Source of the DNA: Malacoraja senta
Lineage: Eukaryota
DNA: 64,000 nt
Direction of reading: 5' to 3'
NCBI GenBank assembly: GCA_038087875.1
Contig: CM075989.1
Coordinates: 2,542,001-2,606,000, forward strand
The notes below the pieces were generated by a model. It searched no databases and was not told where the DNA came from. It saw only the letters and a list, made by a program, of their open reading frames with translations. Of this stretch, positions 12,863 through 25,839 are shown piece by piece. A program made the translations under genes and the position numbers. Each line of letters opens with the position of its first letter. Within the stretch, counting starts at the first letter, position 1.

Positions 12863-15252
12863 CCTAACAATGCTTCTCTTAATCTTATACATAGTCGTGG
12901 AGCACGGAAACAGGCACCTCGGCACGACTCCTTCATGCCAACCAAGATGCCCGAGCTAATCTAGTCCCATTTGCCCGCATTTGGCCCAAATCCCTCTCAA
13001 CCTTTCCGATCCATGAACCTATCCAAGTACTTCTATCAGCCTGGATGTTCCTGAGAAAATAATCCAACTTGTCCAACCTGTCCTATAGCAAATACCCTCT
13101 AACCCAGGCAGTATTTTAGTCAGCCAGTACCTTGCCTGCCACAGTGAGTATGGAGAACTGCAAACAGGTTCAAGGTGAATTTGGGATCATCATCTGAAAC
13201 ACTGCCTATTCAAAGAAGCCATTACAGAAGCTACATAAATAGTGTCAGAGGTAATGTTTCAGGTTGGGATCCTTCTTCATATTGACCCAAAATGTTGCCT
13301 ATCCATTTTCTCCAGAGGTGCCACTTGGCTCACTCGGTTACTCCAGCACTTTGTATTTTTTTCTGCAATTCCTTGTTCTTAACTAGCGTTAAAGGCGGAG
13401 TAAACCACGTTGTTTGGGGCAGGTCATGGGGAAGAATGAACACGAGGAGGTGGGAAATGGTGCCAAAGAGAGGTAGAGATGGACAATATAATTACCAAGA
13501 GAAGTGAGAAGCAGAAAGAAGTTCACAAAGATCTAGAGAACTGGGTGCAGGTAGATGAAGAGAGGAAGGTGGAAATCCAAGAAAGGAAGAGAGAGATGTA
13601 CGAAACACTGACATGAAAGAGTGGTGATCGAGCGGGATATAGAGGAGACTATTAAAGAAAGAGTGAGGAACATGAGACAGATAGAGGAAGAGGGGTTTGC
13701 ACAAAGACTCAATGAGGCAGGAAAATAGCAGCATCAAAGTACAAGCTGCTGGAAAATGAGTCGTCCAGCATCTTCTGTTCAGCTCCAGATTGCAGCATCT
13801 GCAGTCTCTTGTGTCTCCAACTATATCAGCATTGTGGTGGGACTTCCAACTGGCTACAGTCCATTATGTTTAAATAATGGAACAAAGCATATTATGTTTT
13901 TGCTGAAACATTCTCCTTGGTGAAGGAAGCCAAGCTCAGCTGATTTCCTTGAGATTGAAGGGTGTGAGGGAAGTGCCAAGCTGTACGTCTCGCAGCTCAC
14001 TGGCAGCAGCCTGACGAACACACAGACCAAAGCTATTGATCACACCCGGGAGCAGAGAGAGGGAACCATGGCCCCTGCAAATGGACCCGATCCAGGACAT
14101 GAATGTGACTGAGAAGGTCAAATGGATAATGTGTTTTGTCAATTTGTCAAGTGGTCCCGAAGGACCAGAGCCCAGTTGTTTGTATTGAGCGTCTAGTTTT
14201 TAAATGGAGACATGACCAACTGCAGATACTGGAATCTTGAGCGAAACAGAAAGTGCTGGAGGAACTCTGCCGTGAATGGGTGTTTCAGGTTGGGTCTGAA
14301 GAAGGATCCCGGGCCGAAACATTACCCATCCATTCCCTCCACAGATGCTGCCTGGCCTGCTGAGTTCCTCCAGCACATTCTGCTTTAATCCAGTTTAGAC
14401 AGCACAGTGGCACAGCGGTAGAGTTGCTGTCTAGTAGCGCCAGAGACGTGGGTTCGATCTTGACTATGGGTGTTGTCTGTACGGAGTTTGTACGTTCTCC
14501 CTGTGACCACGTGGGTTTCCTCTGGATGCTCCGGTTTCCTCCCACACTCCAAAGACAGATATTGTAGGTTAATTGGCTTGATAAAATTGTAATTGTACCT
14601 AGTGTGTGTAGGATAGTGTAATTGTGTGGGGATCACTGGTCGGCACAGACCCAGTGGGCCGAAGGGCCTGTTTCCGCGCTGTATCTCTAAACTACACTAA
14701 ACTAAACCAACTTTTAACACATTGCAGCCTCCAAATCCATTTCCATTCATTCGGAAGATTAGCCTTACTGTTTACCATGTACGACATACATGTAATATTT
14801 CCTTCAAATCTGCAGGGCAAATATTTTCCTGACAGTCACGTAATTTCTAAATACTTGCTGAGTATCTATGGCCAAGGGCATGCTTGAAATCCCAGTAAAT
14901 ACCACAATTTCCAAATATTTCCAGGTGGGTAATGGAAGCTCCTGGTGCTAGTTTGTAAATGTCCACACTGTCTTTGTTGATTTTGTTTGCGTAAATCTAA
15001 CGCGTGGTCTACTAAACTAATAGTGAATAAGTAATCTTTTCCATGCTGTTAATCCAATGATTTCATAAGCAGCTGATCGGTGTCCAAAAGGCCCACCCTC
15101 AGTACAGTGCTGGTGTTGCCAATGGGATTGCATTAATATGTGAGGAAGATTTTGTAATAAACAACTAAGCTCTTTGATGCCAGGATACTTCAGCCAGCTT
15201 CAATTGTAATTTAAATATTGTACTTTATGGATATAAAACCATGGCGGTCTTA

Positions 15253-15516
15253 TGGGCCGGTCCCACTTGGCGATTTTTTTCGGCGTCTGCCGCCATCATT
15301 GACGTATCAGGGCACCGAAACGTCGCAGCGTGATGCGGCGTGACAGTCGCTGATGCGCCGTGACACGTTGGTGACGCAGCGTGACGCAGCATGATGCGCG
15401 GTGTTTTTCGAGTGTCTTAACGTTTTATTTTTGTCGCCGCTGGATTTTGAAATGTTCAAAATCTTTTGGCGACACTGATATGACGCCGAAAAAAATCGCC
15501 AAGTGGGACAGGCCCT
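15253..15516. mobile_element. PIF/Harbinger-type MITE
   Basis: ~35-bp TIR GGGCC(G/T)GTCCCACTTGGCGATTTTTTTCGGCGTC; TTA duplicated at 15250-52 and 15517-19. Confidence 0.9.
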
Positions 15517-18214
15517 TTAGCTTCTGTTTGGAGCAACAGCTCAAAGTGGCACCCACTGTGGTAATACCACCCGTGTAATGAACGCCCCCTTTCATCTTAT
15601 GTTTGAGGCCAGTCAGTCGACGTCAACATGGTTTCAGCTCCTGAATCAATCAAGTTGGATGTACAAAGATAGACACAAAAAGCTGGAGTCACTCAGCGGG
15701 TCACGCAGCATCTCTGGACAAAAGGAATAGGTGACGTTGTGGCTCGAGACCTTTCTTCAGACTGAGAGTCAGGGAGAGGGAAACTAGAGATCTAGAAGGT
15801 ACATCGAATGAATGAATGTAAGATATGCAAAGAGCAACGATGATCAGAGAAAGGTGGATCCCACAGTTGTTGGCTGTGGGGTAGATGATAATGAATGACA
15901 GGGTGAAATTCACCAGGACAACAGTGAAACTAGTACAAGGACTAGGGTGGGGGAGGGATGGAGAGAGAGAGGATGCAAGGGTTACTTGAAGTTAGAGAAA
16001 TCAATATTCAAACCGCTGGCTTGTACCGTCTGATCAAAAAGTGATTTAGATACTCGTCTTCACACGGCAACCTCCCCCACAGTTTGATCGCAGCCATTTT
16101 GCTCTGAGACCATGTACTTTAGTTAACTCCCTCTCTAGGGCTCTTCTGATGTAATGTTAAGATGCTGGGATTCCTGTGGTAATACTCTCCACAGGATTTC
16201 GACTTGGACCTCTGAGCAGCGTACGATTCAGTAAATGGCAATGAAATAAGCCTGCATTTGGAAACATTCTCACTTCCGCATCGATTTGCCTTGTTAACAT
16301 TTGAGGATCAATGATCAAATGGCTATAGACAGCACATATTAGAAATCTGAAATATAAACAGTCAACGCTGCAAGTACCCAGTGGGTGAGGCAGCTTCTGA
16401 GGAGGAAGAATCAGAATTAAAGTTTCAGTTTGACCTTCCCTCACAATGTTTCATTGACATTTCCTAGGTTTCTAGATCTCAGCCGGTCATATTCCCCAAG
16501 CCCTCTTCTCTCCTCTATCCTAGGCCCCTCCCATGGAGACAGAGAGTCATAGAGTCACACAACATGGAAACAGGCCCTTCGGCCCAACGCACTAATGCCC
16601 GTCTACACTAGTCATATTTGCCCATGTTTGGACCGTATCAGCTCGAAATGCTTCCTATCCATGGACCTGCGCAAGCATTTTTGTAAAGTTGCTCTAGTAT
16701 TTGCCTCAACTACTTCCTCTGGCAGCTCTGTACATAAACTGTGATAAACTGTCCCCTCAGGTTCAATTAAATCTTTTCTCTCTCACATCGTCAGACTGAA
16801 GAAGGGTTCTGAACCGAAACGTCACCCATCCATGTTGTAAATGGATGCTGCTTGACCCGCTGAGTTACTTAAGAAATTTATGTCTTACTTTAGTAAACCA
16901 GTATTTTCTTCTCTCTGCTGTTATACTTGTGTACAGCTTGATATTGCCCCTATATAGAATGATTTGATTGGAGACCATGCAAACAAAGCGTTTTGGAATC
17001 AAACCAATACCAAATAAAAATGGCAATTCAAACACAAGGCCTGTGACTTGTTCACATCTTAAATGGAAAGTGTGCAGATACCTTTTAGGGTCAATAATAC
17101 TCTGGAGTTTAGGTGAGAAACATATTGGCATTGGTTACCGTGAGAAAGCAATATTACACATGGAAATCAATCCTGAAGTGTGCTTCACACACAATAAGTT
17201 AATAATACCTCGGAGAACTAGATACTTCTTTGTATTATACTTCATTTCCCCCCACTCCCTCATCTTTGCATAATGAGTTCCGTTTTTCTTTACACCCATT
17301 GTTTCTGCTTGCTCCTGTCCCATTGAATTAAACTTCACATACCTTGACTCCATCCTATCCACACGGGTGCAAACCCTCCCTACCCATGTCCAAGACACCT
17401 GACACGTCCTTCCTCTCTTCAATGACCTCCGTTTTCCAGGCCCCCACTCCCTCATCGTTACCCAGTCTGAAGAAGGGTCTCGACCCGAAACATCGCCCAT
17501 TCCTTCTCTCCAGAGATGCTGCCTGTCCCGCTGAGTTACTCCAGCATTTTGTGTCTATCTTCAATTTAAACCAGCATCTGCAATTCCTTCCAACACATGA
17601 GGTCAGTTTAACTTGGCATTATGTTTGGCACAAACGTTGTGGGCTGTAGGGCCCATTCCTGTACTGTTCTATCTTCTGTGTAAGTCCATGATCTGGAATC
17701 CCACTTCCATCTGAAGATGCTGGAGGAACACAGATGGACATGTAGTCAGTTTGAATAAGGGTCCCGACCTGAACCATTGCCTATCCATTCCCTCCACATG
17801 CTGCTCGACCTGCTGAGTTACTCCAGCACGTTGTGATCTGTTCAGGGAGATCAAGTTCAGTTTCAGTTCAGTTTCATTTATTGTCACATGTATCGAGGTA
17901 CAGTGAAAATCTTTTGTTGTGTGCTAACCAGTCAGCGGAAAGACAATACATGATTACAATCGCGCCAGTTACAGTGTATGGATACATGATAAAGGAATAA
18001 CGTTTAGTGCAAGGTAAACATTTCGTGTATGTTTAGTGCGAGGGTCACCAATGAGGAAGTTAGTAGTTCTGGACTGCTCTCTAGTTGTGGTTTCTTACAT
18101 ATAGGAAGTCACAAGCAGGGCATCCACACTCTATTACAGATATGAGAGAGTTTACCATGCAATGCACTCATTAGACATGCAACTGCAGTGTGAGGCAAGA
18201 ACGTGTTAGAGTTA

Positions 18215-18440
18215 CGGGCCTGTCCCACTTTCACGACCTAATTCACGACCTCTGCCGAGTTTGCCCTTGACTCGTACTCGCAGCATGGTCGTCATGAGGT
18301 CGTAGGAGGTCGTAGGTAGATCGTGATGCTAGTCGTAGGTACTAGTGGCATCAAGTAGGTCAGGCGTTTTTCCAGCCTGATGAAAAATGTCCACGAATAA
18401 AAAAGGTCGTGAATTAGGTCGTGAAAGTGGGACAGGCCCT
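18215..18440. mobile_element. PIF/Harbinger-type MITE
   Basis: TIR GGGCCTGTCCCACTTTCACGACCTAATTCACGACC; flanks TTA/TCA. Confidence 0.88.
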
Positions 18441-18599
18441 TCATGGTCCTAACTGATGGGTAGCCATTGGGGGTGCAGTTTGACAGCATGCAGGCCGTTC
18501 TCACACAAGTAAGGTCACATATGAGCCAAATATATTAGAGTAAAAAACAAAGTCAGTTTTTGGATGTTTTCAGGACAAGTTTTGAAAATCTTGACATAA

Positions 18600-19050
18600 A
18601 TACAAATCAATGTATATTATGGAGGGCAGAACCTAAAACTTCCCACAGTGGTGGTGACTGCACCAAACATCAGCTTCTGATGGGAAGCATTGGCCTGAAA
18701 CTCCTTTGGGAGGATGCATTTACTATTTGTCCATCTGTAAAATAAAATCACATCTGGAGCCTTATTTTTCCAAATTCAAAGAATCTTCAAAAATGGCAAA
18801 ACAGGAATTACAAGATGATATAGAACAAGTCCCACATAAATCTCCTCAAAAGCCGAGGCCAGTTCATTATTCATTGAAGAACCAAGGGGAAGAAGAACGT
18901 AACAAATTGGACAAGATGCTTTGCATCAAAGTGATGGAAAAGAATCTGTCATTGATTACAGATAACGAGTAAGATTGTGTGGTGACACAAGACCTGGCTG
19001 TTATTGATGAACTATTTCCACAGTTAATGGGCTCCAAGTATTTTGTTTAT
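18600..19050 (+). mobile_element. Highly decayed Gypsy pol (start of RT) fragment
   Basis: KPRPVHYSLKNQGEEERNKL resembles KPRPVPYALKxKVExEL; downstream VRLCGD and VIDELFPQLMGSKYF resemble Gypsy RT motifs. Confidence 0.65.
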
Positions 19051-19404
19051 GAGCCTTGATTTGTTGCTCATTACATGCAGTTGGCTTAATATGGATAAGT
19101 CCAGTCAGGAGGTTGTAGTGCAACCTTCAGGAGGCCTTGCAGGACAGTGACAACTGCTTATGAAATCAAATCAATCTTCTAATCAAGACCATTACACCAG
19201 CACCTCATGAAACTGAAACAGTCCAAGCACCTGCTGATGCAGCCCGTTGTATCGATATCTGAAGGTAGACATTAATGGACTAAGCACAAAATGAGAATAG
19301 CTCAGCAAGTAACTCAGAAAGTAACTTAATCAGGCAGCATCCCTGGAGGACAAAGATATCTGATGCTTCATGTCAGACTTAAGAAAAGTCATGACCCTAT
19401 CATG

Positions 19405-19880
19405 TCATAGAGTCATAGAGTCTTACAGCATGGAAGCAGGCCCTTTGGCCCAACTTGCCTACACTGGCCAACATGCCCTATCTACACTCGTCCCACCTGC
19501 TTCCGTTTGACCTATATCCCTCTAAGCCCAGCCTATCCATGTACCTGTCTAAATGTTGAGATAATACCTGCCTCAACTACCACCTCCAGCAGCTCGTTCC
19601 ATACACCCACCACCCTTTGTGTGAAAAAGTTACCCCTCAGGTTCCAATTAAATCTTTCCCCCCTCACCTTAAGCCTGTATCCTCTGGTTCTCGATTCCCC
19701 TACTGTGGGCAAGAGAATCTGTGCGTCTATCCGATCTATTCCTTTCATGATTTTGTATAACTCTATAAGATCAACCCTCATCCCCCTGCACTCCAAGGAA
19801 TAGTGTCCTAGCCTGCTCAACCTCTCCCTACAGCTCAGGCCCTCGAGTCCGGCAACATCCATCTCTGCACTTTCCAGCGT
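19405..19880 (-). mobile_element. CR1 LINE 3' fragment
   Basis: RERLSRLG, DLIELYKIMKG, RTRGYRLK, FFTQRVVGVWNEL. Confidence 0.9.
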
Positions 19881-20459
19881 GTCCTCCAGAGATGCTGCCT
19901 GACCCACTGAGTTACTCCAGCACTTTGTGTTCTACGCAAGATTCCAGCATCTGCAGTTCCATCTCCAATAATGGACTGAGACCTGCTAAAGACAAGGTTG
20001 AAGAAAGACACAAAATGCTGGAGTAACTCAGCGTCACAGGCAGCATCTCTGGAGAGAAGGAGTGGGTGACGTTTCAAGTCGAGACCCTTCTTCAGACTGA
20101 CCCTAGATTAAAAGCAAGGAAAAGATGCAGAGCTTTATTCTGTTCTTGGAATCATTTAACACAATTACAGATTCTTGGCTGATGGCACCTTACATCTCTG
20201 CATCAAGATCTTCAGAAGAGTGAGAAATAGAAATGGACTGATCAACAGAAAGCTTTTTGTGCAGTTTGTGTAACAACTCTCTACGGGTTCACAATGATAT
20301 GACAAGAACATCAGAGCTAACATATGATGTGTCCACGTTCACAGTCGTTGCTGCCAGCAGCCATGTTCTGGGTGACGGAACAACCTATTGCAATTGCTTC
20401 ATGCTCTCTCAACAAACTCAAACAAAAATACATACAGATAGAGAAAGCAATTAGGAAAG

Positions 20460-21011
20460 CAATTCCTAATTTGAGGAAGGACAACCTTGCTATTGAGGCA
20501 GTGCAGCGTAGGGTCACGAGGTTAATCCCCGGGATGGCGGCACTGTCATATGAGGTAAGATTGGAAAGACTGGGCTTGGATTCACTGGAAATTAGAAGGA
20601 TGAGAGGGTATCGTATAGAAACGTATGAAATTATAAAAGGACCGGACAAGCTAGATGCAGGAAAAATGTTCCCAATGTTGGGGGAGTCCAGAACCAGGGG
20701 CCACAGTCTAAGAATAAAGGGGAGGCTATTTAAAATGGAGATGAGAAAAAACGTTTTCACCCAGAGAGTTGTGAATTTGTGGAATTCTCTGCCACAGAAG
20801 GCAGTGGAGGCCAATTCACTGGATGGATTTAAGAGAGAGTTAGATAGAGCTCTTGGGGCTAGTGGAATCAAGGGATATGGGGAGAAGGCAGGCACGGGTT
20901 ATTGACTGTGGATGATCAGCCATGATCACAATGAATGGCGGTGCTGGTACAAAGGGCCAAATGGCTTCCACCTGCACCTATTTTCTATGTTTCTATGTTT
21001 CTATGTTTCTA
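20460..21011 (+). mobile_element. CR1 LINE 3' fragment with (TTTCTATG)n tail
   Basis: AIEAVQRRVTRLIPG, RTRGHSLRI, FTQRVVNLWNSLP; octamer tail. Confidence 0.93.
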
Positions 21012-22637
21012 ATGCAAGCAATTATTTGTAGTGTGAAGCTGTTCCATTGGGCTGTCTGATCACAGGCACTTACTGGCACAAAGGTGGGCTGTTGAACAGT
21101 TTTGTTGTCAGAATCATATAATACAACTGATCAAAGCTAAACGTAGCAGCTGATGGCCTGTGCAGATAACTGCATGAATCAGTTTGATTGTCATACTGCC
21201 ATTTCCTGACAGATACTTCCCAGAAACAGCCTCCGCCATCGGTCCACTGTTGAAGACACTTTAAGAGGATGGACCAGTTTGGAAAAGCGACTAAATGAAG
21301 CCTTATAACTATTTAGTTTAGTTTAGTTTAGTTTAGAGATACAGCGTGGAAACAGGCCTTTCGCCCACCGAGTCCGCGCCGACCAGCCATCCCCGCACAC
21401 TAACACTATCCCACAAACACCAGAGACAATCTACAATTTTACCAAAACCAATTAACCTACAAACCTGTCGGTCTTTGGAGTGTGGGAGGAAACCGGAGCA
21501 CCCGGAGAAAACCCACGCAGGTCACGGGGAGAACGTACAAACTCCATATATATAAACATAGCACCCATAGTCAGGATCGAACCCGGGTCTCTGGCGCTGT
21601 AGGGCAGCAACTCCACCGCTGCGCCACCGTGCCACCGTGCTGCCCGCAGTGCAGATGTGAAATATTGGGAGCCCATCACGGTGCAGATTGGGGACATTGA
21701 GAAGTCAATTCAAGTGTTCCCAGAAAAATTATTGTTTAATGGCTCAGTGGTTCAATGGTACTTTCTTTATCACATGTACTGAGGTACAGTGACATTCATT
21801 TTTGTAAACAGTTCAGTATGTTTCACTATACAGAAGCAATTACAATCAATATTAATTTCTCTAACTTCAAGTAACCCTTACATCCCCTCTCTCCCCACCC
21901 AAGTCGTACTAGCTTCAAAATCATTTTGTCTGTAATCTTGTCAAAATCTCATTGTCTGTAACTCGTTTTCATCTAGTCCACAACAAACAATGGCCTGTAT
22001 CTTTTATCATTGTTTTCATGACATATCCTTCATTCAATTGTTCTATATCTCTCTATATCATCTCGTGTTTCCCTTTCCCCTGACTCTCAGTCTGAAGAAG
22101 GGTCTCGACCCAAAACGTCACCTATTCCTTTTCTCCAGAGATGCTCCCTGACCCATTGAGTTACTCCAGCTTTTTGTGTCTATCTTCAGCACTTAGATAC
22201 CTTAGATAAGCATCTCAGAGACAGTAAAGTGTACAGCAGTGGTACACTGAGATTTACAGAGTGTATACAGTATGTGTATACAGAGTCGCTAGATTGCTAT
22301 AGGAGTATAGAGTTCTTAACATGACCATGAAGGCCCGTTGTCCTGGCGGCGTTGCTGGGTCAGCCTGGCCAAGTGTGGCCATAGGTGACCTTCATCGCTG
22401 AATTGTTGATGAGTTATATGCCTAACGCACTGGGTTTGTCAATATGAAGTATCTTGCCAGAAGTTTTGACCGATAGCTGAGCACGAGATAAAGAATGGGT
22501 GAAAGTTGTTGTCAAGGGACACCATGGGTTAAGGCAGATAATGGTTAAAGTGGACAGTGGGTTAAGGCCGATCAGCCCAAGATGTAAGATGATCCCCATG
22601 CCTGAGTCAGGGACCTCACTTAAACCTGGTAAGTCAG

Positions 22638-22859
22638 AGATAGACACAAAATGCTGGAGGAACTCAGCGGATAGGCAGCATCTCTGGATAGTAGGAATGG
22701 GTGATGTTTCGGCTTGAGACCCTTCTTCAGACTGCAGGGTCTCAACCTAACATGTCACCCATTCCTTATCTAGAGATGCTGCCTGTCCCGCTGAGGTACT
22801 CTAGTATTTTGTGTCTATCTTCGGTTTAAACCAGCATCTGCAGTTCCTGCCTATGACCT
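22638..22859. mobile_element. Palindromic Penelope pLTR-derived element with TSD TAAGTCAG
   Basis: Arms ~22640-22710 and ~22750-22820 are inverted; TAAGTCAG at 22630-37 and 22860-67. Confidence 0.8.
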
Positions 22860-24529
22860 TAAGTCAGTCCATGCTTCAATACTGCCTGGCAATCACTCCA
22901 GACTTCAGAAGAGGGTAAATGTAAATATGGGGTAGTATAAAAAGTGACATTTGCGTTGTGTTTAGTTTAGTTTAGTTTAGAGATACAGTGCAGAAACAAG
23001 CCCTATGGTCCTCTAAGTCCACACCGACCAGCGATCCTGGGACATTAACACTATCCTACACACTAGAAACAATTTACAATTTTATCAAGCCAATTAGCCT
23101 ACAAACCTTGGAATGTGGGAGGAAACAGGAGATCCTGGAGAAGACCCACACAGGTCACAGGGAGAATGTACAAACTCCGCCCAGACAGCACCCGTAGTCA
23201 GGATCGAACCCACGTCTCTGGCGCTGTAAGGCAGGCAGCAACTCTACCGCTGCACCACCGTGTCGGCCAGAGATCCATACCGTATCAAAGAGCATATTCC
23301 CTAGGGCAAGAGAGCATCAGTCCTAGGACACTCAAGTCCCAAACTGGCCAAATTGTAATAATGAGAGTTTGTTCTGAAAGTAATTCCCGGATTCCACGTG
23401 AATTTTTCCCGTCTACAGTTGTGCTGAAGTGGTCACTTTGCCAGCAATCCGAGCAGTTCTACCAGATGCACTAACACCAGGGGAATGACTGACTTGGCCA
23501 TTCCAATGTGCCCATTTTGTCAAAAGGGGAACAGTTATTCCCTTTTCCACAGGCAAGGTGGATTGTGATCAGAGGAGCGGAATGCACCAGTGAAGTAGTG
23601 AGATAGATGTTTGTTATGATTAGAACACCATCTGAATTAATGTCCAACAATGGATCACAGTTCACTTTGCATTTATTTAAGAATTTATGGCATTGAACAT
23701 TTATTGATTACTCTTCAACACTCTGCGTCTGAAGAGGCAGCTGAGATCTGTACAAGCGTCTAAAGTAGCCTTGAAGAAGCAACTGTTTCAAGGTTGTTGT
23801 AGCTTCAAGATGGGTCATCGATTGGCTTACTTCTTATTTAAATTCCACACAAATCTGCACTTTAAGTCTGGTTCTACATGAGCAGTGATAAATGCTTTCT
23901 CCTCACATATTAACTGGTGTCATTCTAGCCTAAGCGAGGAGGGAGTGTAAAGAGGCAGCAATTGAAGCATAAGGCAATATTTGGAGAGGAAGAGAAACAC
24001 TTTCCGCAGAGAGAGAGAATTAGGGTCAATGATCAGAGTCAAAACTCGGCACTGGGTGGCCAGATCTGTCATCCAAAAGGAGACCTTGTTCGGATTGGAA
24101 ATGTCCATGCAGGTGAAATGTTCACAGCAAGAGACGTATCAGTTGGCTGGGTACAATAACAAATCTATTCATGATGATAATCTGGAGACAACAATTACTG
24201 AAGAGTCACGGCTTCGCTGTCACGAGCTCAAGGGTTCTTCAGTTCCTGGAACAAGTATAATGTCAAACACAAGTGCATGGTTGCGGAGGTCAAATCTACT
24301 CAGTAAGCCAGTCAATGGTCTGAATCTATAATGACTGGTGACTTATTTATTGTTGTAAAAGAGAAAGGGGTTCACGTTGTGTTTGTCCACAGCCATGTGG
24401 AGGATTCATGTGGGTAGAGGACGTGAAGACATATTATCTCATGTAGGCTCCATGTTTGTGAGTTTGCATGCACACCCTGTTTGAAGCTCTTGCATCCAGC
24501 AACGGAATACAGGTCAGAAACACAGAAAG

Positions 24530-25275
24530 TGTAATGAAATTCCGTCTTCACAAGAAGCTCACAGAGTGAACAATATATGTAGCAAATACATGAAGAAGTG
24601 CCACACAACATAATGGTGCAAGATTACAGTGCATAAAACAGTGCAAAATAATTTAAAGTACAATAATGGAAAAACAGAATGAGGTAGGAACAAGAACAAG
24701 AATATGTTGCAGTGCCTCTGGGAATGAGGTGTGAAAGAAAGATTGGTCTCGGTACCTATTAAAAGCCCTGTCCCACGGTACGAGTTCATTCCAAGAGCTC
24801 TCCCGAGTTTAAAAAAAATCAAACTCGTGGTAAGCACGGTGAATGAACGTAGCGGGTACGTCGGAGCTCGGGGACGTCTCTTAGCGGCTCGTAACACTAA
24901 CAGCAGGTACTCGGGAAGACTCGCTAACTAACGGCAGGTAAGCTCGGGAAGACTCGTGAAGATTTTTCAACGTTGAAAAATGTCCACGAGAGCCCTGAGT
25001 GCCGACGAGTGGCCGTTACCGTAAATCTCCGAGTTCGAATCAGGGCAAACTCGGGGAGAGCTCTTGGAATGAACTCGTACCGTGGGACAGGGCTTTAAGA
25101 GTGGGGAAGAATCTGTTCTGAAGTCTGCAGATCTGGGCTTTCAAGCTCCTGCTTTTTCTCCCATAAGGTAGGAGAGAGAAAGGGAATGGCCAGAGTGGTG
25201 GACACCCTTAACAATACTTCCAGCCTTCCTGATGCAACGTGCCGTGAAGATGGACTGGATGGAAGGAAGTGAGGA
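24530..25275 (-). mobile_element. Rex1/Babar-type LINE 3' fragment interrupted by a MITE
   Basis: Minus strand reads like SLPSIQSIFTARCIRKAGSIVK...HPFSLLP..RSLKAQ..RLQNRFFP, the Rex1 C-terminus. Confidence 0.7.
24763..25095. mobile_element. PIF/Harbinger-type MITE (same family as 60581-60876, opposite orientation)
   Basis: ~50-bp TIR AAGCCCTGTCCCACGGTACGAGTTCATTCCAAGAGCTCTCCC; TAA at 24760-62 and 25096-98. Confidence 0.92.
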
Positions 25276-25289
25276 AGGAGGGGGGGGAG

Positions 25290-25748
25290 TTACTTTTAAG
25301 AAGCCGGACAACTTTTAATAAGCCAGAGATACACAGCTGTGAAGTTTAGCGGGCATTTAACATTACCGGTCGGTTATCCTTGGTTCTGAAAACTCGTGCT
25401 TACATTTTTTTTCTCCAATGAACCAATGCCTGGTCTGCAAGGGAGATTAACTACTATCTCAACTACCTATAACTACATGGCGACCCCACTACCACTGCAC
25501 CTACGACTGCAGGATTATTGATTTTCTCCATGGCGACCAATTTTCTCCATGGCGACCAATTTTCTCCATGGCGACCAATTTTCTCCATGGCGACCAATTT
25601 TCTCCATGGCGACCATGAAGGAGACTCACCAGAGACCACCAGCGAACATGTAGCGACCATGAGGCAATCATGAGGCAAGCACAGAGTCTCCTGCACTAAG
25701 TGGGACAGGCCCTTTACACAAAAGTCGCCCAAGTGGGACAGGCCCTTA
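25290..25748. mobile_element. Partial Harbinger-type MITE with two tandem right TIRs and an internal 19-bp minisatellite
   Basis: AAGTGGGACAGGCCCTT at ~25698 and ~25731; interior homologous to 57160-57335; left TIR missing. Confidence 0.75.
25521..25615 (+). repeat. Five copies of the 19-bp unit ATTTTCTCCATGGCGACCA
   Basis: Perfect direct repeats with no spacers. Confidence 0.95.
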
Positions 25749-25839
25749 GCGCAATTCTAACCATGGTGATCAATTCTAACCAACTGATCTCTGCGAGTTA
25801 AAAAGTCCAGAAGCCAGTTGTTAATGAAGACCCTATCAC

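Noticed and set aside
23981..24331. 116-aa ORF in apparently unique sequence
   Set aside because: No recognisable domain or convincing splice sites; possibly a decayed repeat.
25521..25615. CRISPR-like repeat array
   Set aside because: Units are directly adjacent with no spacers; eukaryotic context and no cas genes.
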